Positions 46,019 through 58,743 of a stretch of 64,000 nucleotides of DNA are shown here, in pieces. The notes under the pieces are model-generated. The model was not told the origin of the DNA, ran no database searches, and saw nothing but the letters and a program-made list of their open reading frames with translations. The position numbers and the translations under genes were made by a program. The DNA comes from Oopsacas minuta (taxonomy: Eukaryota > Animalia > Porifera), in assembly GCA_024704765.1 (NCBI GenBank), contig JAKMXF010000362.1, positions 74,149 to 138,148 of the forward strand, read 5' to 3'. The stretch's first letter is position 1; every line of letters starts with the position of its first letter.

Positions 46019-48465
46019 ATATGTTTATTTACCTTCAATAAAACACTTGTGAAATGATTACAATTGTGCATATCTAGCAGCATCAGCGTTTTTATATTAG
46101 TTCATGGTTCTAGAATAATGCATAATTTCATATTATTGCATAGAGTATGTCAAAACAGTCAAGAATGGCAAAATCGGCAATAAAGTGATGTTCCATAAGT
46201 CACGCTAGCTGGGCCACTTAAACTATTTATTGATTCTTTATCTTGGATATTACACTATACCGAGACTGCTAATCAAAGAGCTTGATTCGACAATCATAAT
46301 ATAATTTTCACATTAAGAGTGCATTCAGGTGCGTTGAGACGTCAGTAAGTCCACTCTAGTCATTGGATGGGTCATTCAACACCCGTAGACGGTAGTTAGA
46401 ACCTTGGAAATAGGACCTTTTCTTCGTCTAGCATGTTCTTATCTCAAATTTGATGGATTATTATTTGTTATGAATCAACTAAATTTGCTTCTGATACGTC
46501 ACAAAATTATAAGATGATGAGATGCCGCCGCGCCCGCATGATCAGATGGATCTCGTGCGGAGCTGAAACAAGTTTCTCATTAACAGTGGCCTTAGAAATA
46601 TTTATTAATTTGTAACTCATGCTTTTTCATTATCTGGAAACTACCCGATATATTTGTACATCTCTACGCTGATACTATGCTCTTCGGAAAGTATGACTCC
46701 TTCTTAGGAATTAATTTACAAGTATTGCGACCTTCTCAGTGAATATATGCATAAATAAACTTTTTTGATCTAACATATTTTAGATAATGTATTAATGACA
46801 CCACATAACTGACTGATTAGTCTACTATTTCCTTATCTATTTTTATCTTTGCTTGTTATGTATGTGCACAAAATCAATTTGGGTTTTCACTGTATTATGT
46901 AGTATACCATTAACCTTAATTTACTGGTGAATTGTACAATATTTGTCGTAATCCTTTTTTGCAACTGTCGATAGATATTTGGCGAATTTACTTGCAACTT
47001 CGTGCTTTTTGCATAAGAGCATTAATTCGTCAATATTAATTGCAGTCTTATTTCTTAGTTATTTCGTATTTTCCTCCGAAAATATTGTTCCTTATGGATT
47101 TTCTTACCATTTGCACTCCCACTTTACAATTAACCGTCCCCTATGATTCTAACTATACGGGAATTATGGTTATTGTTAGTGAATTACAGCATAGATTGAG
47201 GTTAGATTAGATAGATGTCATCAAATTTAGCCTTATTTTTTCATCAGCTGTATTTCTTTGATGATCATTATTCATACCCAAAATTGTGCAAAATGTCAAA
47301 ATCTGAATATATTTGAAATTAACTTATTTCGTTACAGTTTGCCAGTTTGGGGAGAATCCTCTGTAGTATTTATTAGTTAACTAAAACATAAATCCTGCAA
47401 ATATATTCTATTGCAATAATAATGAATGAATATTATCTGTAAAGAGCCAATTATCATGAAATGCAAGCATAAGAATGTGAATTGTATTTACAAATTTTGA
47501 TGAATAAGTTTAGGCTGAAGTTTGATGACTTATTTTGATGCATCATAAAGGTTAACAATATCTGTGATTACTGGTATGCTTATTTTGCGATTTATAATGG
47601 AATCTGCTTAACGGTGGCTTGCACATAACGGCCACATAAATATAGTCCTGTGGGACGATTTTGATTAGCAATCGGCCACTCTATAGCGGCACCCTGTACG
47701 GTACAGTATGTTAACTTTTGTTCAATCCCCATCAGTAATTGTTATAGGCAAGTTTGACAGTACAGTAGAAATCTGATTATTTCGATATCCCTCGCCTTGG
47801 CCAGTGCCTAATTACATTTAGCTTACAATTACGCATAAAAGGGTATTTGTTAAAATATATATTTCATTTAAACTCCTTGAATGACTGTGCTAGACTTAGA
47901 CGTATCGTATTATTACCCTTCAAATATTTTTCTTACAGATTACATAATTATGATTCTTGTTGTTATGCATCATATTTTGTTATCTGCCCTTGACACTACA
48001 GTTGTGTGTTTGACGTAAACTTTAAATGAATGATTAAATATGTGTCTGATAACATTATTTAATACATCTTGTGTATCTAAGAATTTTCCTTTGATGTTGT
48101 ACTTATGTCATTAAAATATAATTATTATAAATGAATAATTCCTGAACTTAATTACGTTAGGAATTCCATAACCATTTCTGGCTATTAGTTTCCCCCTACA
48201 CGACATATGCTCATCTTTAATCGAATCTGTCGAAACACTGAATATTCTAAGGCGATTAATATATCATACATCATATTATTAAAACACAGATATTTGTGTG
48301 TGGAATATTGCTCTACATAACGATCATAGACAATTAATAATTTTATAATTTTGCTTATGACATTCAAGTTTATTCTAGTAGAAGGCCTGGCGGGTTATAT
48401 TTCAGATTTACTTATAATTATTACTATTTTAATTAGGTAAATAGTTCAGAGTTGACAATACTGTT

Positions 48466-48540
48466 AATTACAGGCTGTACAATTACAGGCTGTACAATTA
48501 CAGGCTGTACAATTACAGGCTGTACAATTACAGGCTGTAC
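48466..48540. repeat. Perfect 15-bp minisatellite, 5 copies
   Basis: (AATTACAGGCTGTAC)5. Confidence 0.95.
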
Positions 48541-49397
48541 AAACTGATTTCATTCTCTATTTTTGAGTTTACAACCAACATACATTGTATCAAAATAGTA
48601 ATATCTGCTCAGCTGGTTTATAATGACTATTACGTATATTTACGCTGTATAGTGAATATGATTTATTTGTATTTAGCGTCTAAGTAGGAAAAAGTACGTA
48701 TAAATTGTGAAACTTGTTTGACACGATCAGAGTAGTTCTTTGATATTTTGACTAATTCAACTCACTAATCGAATTAATCAATGAAATAATTACGTTTAAT
48801 GGGTTACTAATAATACACTTTATTTATATGTAACAATTCTGCTTCATTTGAATAATGAATCTACACAGATTTTGCATTTTTTTCTGTTCTTAATATACGA
48901 ATTTGTCTTGATAGTAGAAAAATTTGCTTCTCAATGAGGTTGTATGGAGATAATCATAGTTTCAAGTTTTTTGCATATTATCTTCTCTGGTTAATAAACG
49001 CTAATTGAATTGTATATTTGTAAATCATACAGACAATACTTGTGATAATTTCAGAGCAGTTTTGTGAATTTACAATTATTCAATTCTGAGTTGCTGAGGT
49101 GCTTTTACGTTTTAGCACTGAGCATTTATTTTTGTGCGTGAACACATTATTGTATTTTCAAACTATTAATTTAATAATATTTGGTGATCAAATAAATTCT
49201 CTTAAATTTTCCTTGATACATGCGTATGAAATGCAAAGTGTTAATATGTTAATTCAATTAAAATAATATATTTTGTGGATGTGTTGACGCAAAATTATAA
49301 TTAATTCATTTTCCCCACGATTACACATTTTATCAATTCAATGTTCTCACGACGGAATATTACTTTGTATTTTGACTAACTGGGGTACATGGTAGTA

Positions 49398-52016
49398 TAC
49401 TACGTAACATAATTTTGTTTGGCTTCAATTTTTGATGTCCCCTTATGTTTTTTGGGTCGCTGAATTAAAAAATCGTGTTAGTTTTTCCATATCATCAATG
49501 CTTTTTGACGTATTTATACTTTTTGCTTTTTCCGACCAAGTTGTGTTGTTCATTATATGCAAATTTGCCTACAGCTCTTGCAATAGATTTAAACACGTAG
49601 TGATGTGTTGATAAGTTTATTTGAACATGAAAATCACTACCAAACAGTACATTGCTGTTTACAAGTCCTGAAGAAAACAGAACGCACTCATGTTAAAGCG
49701 TTAAAATACTTCAATAATGAACTGCTGAACGAGCTTTTCTTTTGTGACCAGAAATGTCTTCCCTTATCAAAAACCACATGTAATCGCCCATCATTGCACT
49801 GTCCCAGCGGCCCTGATACCGTCTTTCCATTGGCTGAATATCTTGGTGAAATCTCTCACCATGTTCCTCCCTGAAATCCCCCAAATTTTCTTGAAAGAAG
49901 TCAAGATGAGAGAATAGAAAATGAATTTTCAACGACATGCGACATCCCATCTTTTGGTAGCTTGTGATCAGAGTTTTCACTATCTCTTCATAATTAGGGT
50001 CTTTGTTATTTCCTAGAAAGCCATTAACTACACCTCGAAATGCCTGCCATGCTTTTCTTTCTGTTTCGATCATTTTATCCTCCAGGGTTCTTGACTTTAA
50101 CATGGTGGTTAGTTGGGGGCCAACTAATATTCCTCCCTTTAGTTTAGCATCTGATAATTTTGGAAACATTGCACGGATTTCTTGAAAAGCTTCTCCTTCA
50201 AATTCCAAAGCTTTAACAAATTGCTTCACTAAACCTAGTTTTATATGAAAAGGTGGTAGTAAAACTTTTTCCCGGCTTACAAGTGGCTCTTTGATGACAT
50301 TGTACTTTCCTGGCATTAATTCTTTTCTTGGCGGCCATTGAATCTTCTTGTAGTGCTCTCCATCAGCTCTGCTGTTCCACAAAGAAAGAAAGCATGAGTA
50401 TTTGGTGTAACCACCCTGCAGTCCCAACAAAACCCCAACATCTTAAAATCACCACAAACATGCCAGTTAAATTCAGCATATTTTATTTTAAGCAGTAGTT
50501 GCTTGACAATTTCATAGTCTTCTTTCATTTGTATTGAATAAGCAAGTAGAATTGACGGATATTTGTTCCCATTATGAGGTAAAACTCCTTTAAGACTTTT
50601 GGTCGAACTGTCAATAAAAAATCGCCACTGAGAAGGGTCATGTTCTATTCCAACAGCATCAAACAAACCATTCACATCTTTGTAATAGCACAGACCCTGT
50701 ATTACATCAAAGTAAACAGAATAGTCCAAGTGCCTCTTCCTGTAAGCAGTTATTTTGCAATCATCACGCAGCAAATTCCACTCGCTTAATCTTGACGTCA
50801 ATAGCTCTGCTGCAAATTTTGTTAGTTGCAGATCTCGTATTAAGTCATCTAATTCTCTCTTAGGAGGATAATGACGATTTGCACTTGTTGATTGGGGATA
50901 CTCCTCCTCAGCATCCGAAGTTTCACTTGATATCAAGTCTTCACATTCAGCATTAAACTCCAACTAAAATGACAAGAATAAAACATAAGATGCAGATTGT
51001 GGGTCACCCTTACAGCATATAAGCTAGCGTAGCCTAATATTACAAAACATAAAACTACTTACATTTGCTGGTGGTTTTGGAACTGGTAAAGTTTCACTGA
51101 GGAACAGGTGCAATGGATGAAGGTATACTTGGATAAGTCAGTGCTCTTCTTTCTTTAACCTTGCGGTACTTAGCAGTATTTATCATACAAAAGTAACAAT
51201 CATCATGATGGTTTTGTAGCTCTCTCCAAACTCTTGGAATAGCAAATGGCATAACTCTAGCGGAACCCCTCAACCAACCTTCAAGATTAGATCGACAGCT
51301 GCCACAAATTACATGTGGGGCCCAGGCCTTTTGCTGACCCCAATGGGCATCCCAAAATACAGTCTATACGCTTCCCAATACATAGCTTCTTTTGATATTT
51401 TATTTGAAACATGTTTGCCGCCAACCTAATATCCACAAACATAGCATAATGAGTCAGGTGAATTCTTGCATTGTCTACTTAGCCATTGCAATTTCTAAAT
51501 TTGAAAAACACTAACTTAACGTAAGAACAACCAGCAAGTTGTTTCTGCCTTCTCTGCTAAAGGCAGTTATACTGATGCTTATACTAGCTGCTGGTAGCTT
51601 ATACTATTGATGTAAGTAAATACTTTCCAAGTGAAGGTACTGGATAGCAAATAAACTATACACAAGAACGAAATCTCTAAGTTTTGCAATCCTACCCCAG
51701 CCTGAAAATCTGATGCTGTTTAAGCTGTGCATTCGCAGACACTTTAAGTGTGTCCCAGAGCTTAAAAAGACAAGAGACAGTGAAGGGAGTGGAAAATGTT
51801 TATCTTTATTGTTATAGCACAAAAGATTTTGATTGTGACGTAAATTTTGTTGAGTTGGCTAAGCGTGTAACCTGCTCATATAAATAGGCTTCCTGAAAGT
51901 TAACGATCGATGATAGAAAAAACTAATTGCATTTTCGGAATCAGCGCCTCAAAATTATCCATAAACAATCAAAATATCAAGCCAAACAAAAATTCATAAA
52001 AATTTGTTACGTAGTG
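49398..52016 (-). mobile_element. Chapaev3-like DNA transposon, decayed
   Basis: Termini (T)ACTACGTAACA...TGTTACGTAGTG with shared subterminal ttttgtttggctt. Flanks are GTA and TAA. Confidence 0.8.
49711..51486 (-). pseudogene. Chapaev3-type transposase, two exons (intron 50964-51062), disrupted
   Basis: Exon 1: CKNSPDSLCYVCG, WAPHVICGSC, VWRE..NHHDDCYFC. Phase-0 intron GTAAGT...TCTTGTCATTTTAG. Exon 2: FIDSS, HIKLGLVKQFVKAL, MSLKIHFLFSHLDFF, EEHGERFHQDI, RYQGRW. Several stops and frameshifts. Confidence 0.8.
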
Positions 52017-52675
52017 TAATATTTGACAGTAATTATGAACCTTTATCAACTATCATATGTGTTTAGGTACAACCATTTGGGTTCGCAAATGCAACAAGCG
52101 AAGGATCTTTTCGTTCTTCACCTCACATGATTGTATTGGGTATTTACACTTGACATTTGGTGGGAATTTTCGCTTCTTTTGTAATATTCAGCATGCTTTA
52201 TTGTGTTATTATGAATCTTATGTTAATCTCAACCAGTGACAGGTTTATGACCCTCAGGGCAAGCCTCTTATGATTGAAGGTACTTCCCATTAGAAGAATT
52301 TGTAATTCTTTAATTGTGTACATTCCCTCCTCCAACTATCGTATAGACACAAGTAATGTAGTTTATGCTACCGTAGGGTGTTAATATTGGTTGTATATGT
52401 GCTCATGTTTATTGATAATTATGTTTGACATGAAAACATCTAATTAGGTTAACTAATAGTATATCCATGTTCTATTGTATTGACTAAAGGGAAAACCAGT
52501 TAATATACTGGTATCGATTTAGTGAGAATTCTAATTAAGAAGACAATAGTTCTAGACAGCAACTAATTATGCAGAATTGAGTGTATAACACTGCGTGTAT
52601 GTATTTGTATTTATTTGAATTGTTTTAATAGCTTTACAGTTGTTATAAGAAGGCAGTTTGTAAACAATTTGAATT

Positions 52676-53614
52676 ATGAATCTTTTAACAAGAAACTGTT
52701 TTACATTACTTATTCGTAACAAATACATTCGTTTTATGACGAGTAACAACAGCTTCCAAGATTACTCAAAGGTCGCTAATTTATACGATAAACATAGAAA
52801 AGGTTTTGGCTACGAAATAATATTTGGAGCTTTATCAAAATATGCTTATGATAAACCATTGTTTTCTCTGAACATACTTGAGGCAGGATGTGGCACAGGT
52901 AACACTACAAGGGAGATATGTAATTATGTCGGTCACGTGACTGCTGTAGATTGTAGTGACGACATGATAGCCATTGCAGAGGATAAATTGAGTGATAAGA
53001 AGAATGTATCCTTCAAAAATTTGGATCTAAGAACAAGTCTTCCGTATGAATCGAATAAATTTGACGGCGTACTACTCATTCAGGTTGCACATCATCTAGA
53101 TGAAATTGGACCTGATGGAGTTGTTAAAACAGAAAATCTACAATCACTAATAACCGAATTCAACCGTGTTCTCAAACGAGAAGCACCACTGATTATGGCT
53201 GTATTCTCACCAAGACAAATTACAAGATGTATGTGGTACTATCATCTAGCTATGGAGAAGGGGTTCTGTGATGTTATGCTCTTGCATTCAAGGCGATTTC
53301 TTCCACTTGAAATATTTTCAAAGATATGTAAAGAAAAACATTTCGAAAATGAGAAAATTATCGTCCCAGTTTCGGAACTAGTTTTTGACCCTGAATATTA
53401 TTTTGATCCTAAAAGTATACTTTCTAAGGAGTTTCGTTCGGCTCAAAGTGGTTTGAGGGATTTTGAAAAATCTGATAAGTTTCCACTCCTAATGACAGCG
53501 TATCAGGAATCTATAGAAACTAATGAAGTGCAAGAGTATATCAGACAATCTGAATGTATACGAGCTAAAGAAGGTATGATCACTTTTCTCATTTATAACA
53601 AGGAATGTTATTAA
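52676..53614 (+). CDS. Class I SAM-dependent methyltransferase
   Basis: YSKVANLYD, motif I ILEAGCGTG, VTAVDCSDDM, LPYESNKFDGV, QVAHHL, EFNRVLK. Confidence 0.88.
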   Translation: MNLLTRNCFTLLIRNKYIRFMTSNNSFQDYSKVANLYDKHRKGFGYEIIFGALSKYAYDKPLFSLNILEAGCGTGNTTREICNYVGHVTAVDCSDDMIAIAEDKLSDKKNVSFKNLDLRTSLPYESNKFDGVLLIQVAHHLDEIGPDGVVKTENLQSLITEFNRVLKREAPLIMAVFSPRQITRCMWYYHLAMEKGFCDVMLLHSRRFLPLEIFSKICKEKHFENEKIIVPVSELVFDPEYYFDPKSILSKEFRSAQSGLRDFEKSDKFPLLMTAYQESIETNEVQEYIRQSECIRAKEGMITFLIYNKECY

Positions 53615-54173
53615 TTTCACTCTCTTATCACTTAGTGTTATATTTATTATTTATCATAACTTTTAAAATACTCACATACATCTAGTATTATATAAACCTG
53701 TAACATCTATATTATATATATTTTCATGGATTACATTAAAATGTGTCTACAAAAACTTGCAAGGCATAGTACGTTATTCCTCTAAAACAGACCTTTTTCA
53801 CCAGAGGTCGGCGGACTTCCCAATTTAAACCCCTGCTGTGAACCCCCATACACTATAATACAACTTTTGTGATCCTGTGCATCACCTCCTAACGTCCTTG
53901 GACCAACAAGGGATCCTTGGAACCCAATTTGAGACCGCTACTTCATTGATATTTAAAGTGGTCGTGTTGTGAAACTCAGTCTTATTATTCTTTCCATTAC
54001 CTACTTAGCCGGGAATAGCCAGGGTGGGGCACAAACCGCTCTTAAAATTGTGTGTTCACCAAAAATTGGCATTGAAAAGTACTGAAGTGCTACAGGCGCA
54101 GCAGCATTGCCTAAGCTTTCAGATACAGCGGGTAGAACTAAACACTAATACTGTTATCGGGTGAGTTATAAAT

Positions 54174-54700
54174 CTACGAAAAGTTAGTCAAGTTGGCTGA
54201 CTCAGAACTTTCTGAAGACGCAAATTGTTCTTGCAATTCTTGAGTCTCACACTGGTGAGGTACGAGATTACTCAATTTAGAAGTGAACTTGAGCGAGTTT
54301 CCGTCCAGGTTCCAAAACTTGAGCCCACGCACTTCATGCCTCAAAGTACGTTCATCTATTACTTCATCTGCTGTGGTACTCTCTTCAACGTCCAATTCTT
54401 CTAATATATCGTTTAAAGAACAAGAAGCATCAATATCTATGGGAATTCCCTTAGAGAAATGATACCTCTCACGTTTTTCTCTATATAGCATATAAAGAGT
54501 CTTTATTAGGAGATGACTCGCTGTCGTAGAAAACTTGAGTCGACTTTTTTTGATGTGGAGCGAGTTGCTTACTCATACTGAATGCTCTTTCGAGACTTTC
54601 AGTAGTGATCCACTTCCCAAATAACTCTAATATACAGTATTTGAATGATCCCCACTGATGTGCTGTCAGCTGTCTTAATAGGTAATCCTATGAAATGATT
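54174..54700 (-). pseudogene. Unassigned degenerate coding remnant
   Basis: An open frame DYLLRQLTAHQWGSFKYCILELFGKW... follows an AG and shifts into ORF 54174..54491. Family not recognised. Confidence 0.3.
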
Positions 54701-54932
54701 AGTAAACTTCTTCCGTTTTGAATATTTATCGATGTGGTGACAGTTGATAATCACACGTTTTTGCAGTTATTGCAGTGGAGTATGAATAATTACACAGTAA
54801 TGTATAAAAAAGAAGAGTTACTTAAGCACACGCACACGAATAGTAAAAAAGATAGCACACAACCGAGTACCAAAAATAGCTAATCAATACAGAAATTACA
54901 CACTAAATATATCTATAATCTAATACACCGCT

Positions 54933-56203
54933 TTACTTTTTGGTGAAGCATTTTGTGAGAACATCCTCCATGTCTTGTCTCTTCTTTTCCGTCATACTAG
55001 GCGAGGACACACCTTCTCTTACCATCTCATAAAGTTCCGTATAGACAAGGTTGTTTGTACCTTGATAGAATTCAACAGTGGAAGGAAGAAGATAGCGTAT
55101 CTGCGGAGGATTGAGGTCCTGGCCCATGACTACTGCTTCTCTGATTCGCGCACCTAAGAAAACGTTCATTCTTGTCAATAAATGTACCGATATATCATTC
55201 AAATGTTATTATCAGTATTACGTATATTAATGACTTATGTTTACCTCATGCAACAACCTTAATGAATTAACTCACTTGTAAAAAACTGAGCGAATTGTCC
55301 GATTACTTTCTTTTTCTCCTCACTGGCCTGTTCGAATCTGACTTTATTTATTACTATTGCATCTGTGAATACGAGGACTAACTTCTCTTTCCCTAAGGTT
55401 GGAGTCAAGGCGCCAAAAGCTTTAAGACTGCCATTTGAAGCATCTAATATCTTTCCAAGAATTTCCGAAAATCCATAAAAGTAAGCGATTTTGCCATTAA
55501 CAATAGCCTGGATAGTCTGGTCAGTGCTAAGTTGTTTCTTTGGAAATAGGGAGGAGAATTCCGTAAGTCTTTGGACGACTATTGGGTCAGGTTTCCCCTG
55601 AAGAACATCATCGATTCCTTGCTGCAAGCTCTGTCTTCCATGCACATCAATAAACGCGTCAAGGTATATGAATGGCAGGTACCAACCGTCTGAATCATCC
55701 AACTTTCCCCCCAGTAGTCGAGTATAATGAGATTTATTCGGTTCTACCATATACTTCTCCGCAACATAAGCACTATTTTTAAACTCATCATAATCTTTAT
55801 CACCCATGTCAATTGCCAATTCTCCACTCCGTTTTACTTCCATTATAAAGTTACCACAGCATAATGTGGGATAACCAATGTGTGCCCCTCCTTCCACCTT
55901 GACAGCTTCAACTGCAGGGGTGAGATACCTGAAAGGCTCTATTGCAACTTCTAACACTTTTGTGTGGAAGTCGTCCTTACGAGCCATATCAAATTCTAGG
56001 ATATCGAACCCATCCGCTCCTAGATATTCTGATAAATCGGGAGCATATGGATTGAACTTATCCCCAATCACTAAGTCTAGATCTGTATTAGGTGATACCT
56101 TCTTAAATTCTCTGCTTATCATTTGTATGTAAGAATCATATGTATCCTCAATATTTGCAAATGGAAACAAACCAACCTTTAGAATATCCGATTTATTCGC
56201 CAT
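54933..56203 (-). CDS. Thiaminase I (thiamine pyridinylase) homologue; two exons, 56203-55276 and 55153-54933; 382 aa
   Basis: LKVGLFPF, NPY, DILEFD, GYPTLCCGN, YLDAFID, FYGFSE, VFTDAIVIN and RYLLP...YTELYEMV are collinear with recalled Paenibacillus thiaminase I motifs. The 122-bp GTGAGT...TTTCTTAG intron is phase 1 (A|GT = Ser) and joins the two ORFs in frame. Confidence 0.85.
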
Positions 56204-56610
56204 TCTTTTGGAAAGGAATATTAATTATAAAGATAGTCTAATTTGGATAGTAATTGGGTAGGAATTGAATTCGCGAACTGATGTAAATAATTCGTAAATT
56301 TGTTGGATGATCTGACAAGTAATCTTTTAATCTTCCAGTAACCCAACAGGTTGCTAAATGGGAGATATCTCAGCAACCTGTTAAGGCCAAAATGTATTTT
56401 CAAGAAATATTTTACATTCTTTTCCTACGGTCAAGTATTATTGTAAATATTATTGTGTTTAGTAGCACTGTTTCTGTATTGTCCTGAATTCAAAGATGTA
56501 ACCTCACTATTCTCATTAAGCAATAGTATCGCAGTTCGTGAATTTGTCGGTTACTGCAATTTACAGTAACATAACCCCCCCGAACGGCGGAGTGTACATG
56601 CCACGATTAT

Positions 56611-57060
56611 TTTATATTATTAAAACTCAATTGTTGTTTGTCTGTTTGTTAAGGAAAGGATATTAGGCTTTGCTATGCTATTTTGAATTCAATTTCAAAC
56701 TTCTGAGATATATGACATAACTATGTGTTAGCGTGTTTATCATGAAAGTAATTAGAATTAATAAAATCTGACAAAATATACGAATGAGCTGAATCCGATT
56801 TTCACATATTTGAATTGTCCAAATCTCAAAATTTAAATACCGATACAGATTGTTCAAAACGACTACATAGGGCTAACACAGTACGCAGTATCCGAATTTC
56901 ACATTTTCAAGTTTCTCATATGCAAATATTTGTCATTTTTATCGTATGCGGACTTATGAATACCCAATTACTTCCCGAAAGGCCGTCAATTTGGAAAATA
57001 ATACCTCGAGGCACAAAGCGTCGAGTTCATCGCGAAGCAACGAGCCAAACGCTCGTATGT
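56611..57060 (+). mobile_element. Non-autonomous Helitron-like repeat, copy 2
   Basis: tttatattattaaa, GTTT/GTCT tract, aaggaaaggat, gaatccgattttcaca, gagttcatcgcgaagc and hairpin ACGAGC-caaac-GCTCGT are shared with 43648-44092. Confidence 0.55.
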
Positions 57061-58128
57061 ATTAAACTCCATAGTTAATAGTAGACTACCACTCCCTTGC
57101 GATTAAATGGAATCAATTGTCGAGCGATGGGCCCCAAGAACAAGCTTATTCCTAGGGCTCCTTAGATCCTCTCAGTGGTCTGGCTATTCTAGAAGACTGC
57201 TAATATTAATTATGTGAACCCTACCAAGAGGAGGAATTCCCATCTGAGGACAGCTCAATATGACAAGTATTATTTGCAAAGCAATCTTGTTTAAGACATT
57301 TATAGATGGCCTGTTCGGAGGAAAATGCTTACTGCAAAAATGCAACTAATCAAATCTAAAATATAATCAAGCAAGTGAATAACATAGTGCACACATGTAC
57401 AAAATATAATTCAATAAATGTATTGAGTAATAGAATGTGTAAGAAGTCTAAATTGCTTATTGTTGAAATATACCTGAAGGCAGGGGATAGCTAGCTCTAC
57501 AAACTGACCTACGTCAAGCAGTGGTGTCCTGTTGTGGGAGCGGGTGGGAGCGCCGCTCCCATACTTTTTTTATCAAATCAAATTGGGAAGTCACAATTAC
57601 TTCACAAGTTAGAGAATTTGTATACCTGATATCTACAGTAGCATACAATCAATATTTGAAATGAATTGAAATTTGTTCCAAATATAATTAAGTCGAGTTG
57701 AGAGAGCAAATGTTTAGTTTATAGTGCCGTGAATATATTGTACTTGTTTTGAAGAACAATGGGAAGTTTTACATCAACTATGTATTATTCTATCCGAATC
57801 TAGCGTTAATCGTAACAAATTGTCCTATCCCACAACGCTCTAAGAAAGAACATGGGTGATGTATCAGCAATGTGAGAGATGGTACCACTGGGCCTGTGTA
57901 GGGATTAGATCAAATAAAGGAGTACCAATTCAATTCTTTTTTGAATAGGGATACTTCTAGTATACGCTTTTATGTCTACATAAGCATTACACTTCAATAA
58001 TGTAATGCAATCTGGCATTAATGCTAATATGTGAATTGATGAATTAATTGAAAATGATTAGAATTACCATCTATTATATAATTGATAATATAACGTATTT
58101 GGTCTCAAAATATTACATTACACTATTT

Positions 58129-58504
58129 CAGTGCGGATTTACCATTAGGCTAAGTAGGCTAAGCCGGCTATAGCCTTCGGGTCACACCAGGTGGACGGGC
58201 CACTTATACAAAGGGTCGTTCTTAGAGACTAAAATTTCTAAATTAGAAATTTGATATGTCATAGATTAGTTTATTTCATTTTATACATTGTTTACTTTTG
58301 AAATATGTTATATTAACCATCATGCCACTTCAGCTCAGTCAATTATTCCCACCCAATATTGACAGAGACCCCTGCACTGTAAAATATGACACTTTCTAGC
58401 TTGTAAAATAATTGAAATTTGGGGGGCACCGACCAATGTCGACCATGTTTCGGGCTACTAGTATGGTCCAGCCTTCGGGTCACTCCAGGGTAAATCCGGC
58501 CCTG
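58129..58504. mobile_element. hAT-type MITE
   Basis: Ends CAGTGCGGATTTA and TAAATCCGGCCCTG. Perfect 8-bp TSD CACTATTT at 58121-58128 and 58505-58512. Confidence 0.88.
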
Positions 58505-58743
58505 CACTATTTACATGGGATGGGAATACAGAGGAGCCAGTCAAATCGTCCTTATAATACTTGGCATAGAATATTTGTTTACAGTAGTAGTGTTGCCAGG
58601 ATACATAATAAAAGCTAAAAATAACTTCTTTATCGTTTATATTGTTTTAGGTAAAGCTATAGCAAATTGTTATACACCCAAGTCGTAGAAATTACTTGTT
58701 TTCGATAGTATGCAGATATTCTTATTGATTGTATATGTATTCT

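Noticed and set aside
42039-48540. Short tandem repeats as CRISPR arrays
   Set aside because: The units are contiguous with no unique spacers, there are no cas genes, and the context is eukaryotic.
52676-56203. Bacterial contamination as the source of the methyltransferase and thiaminase
   Set aside because: The thiaminase has a canonical in-frame spliceosomal intron, the base composition matches the flanks, and eukaryotic transposons lie on both sides.
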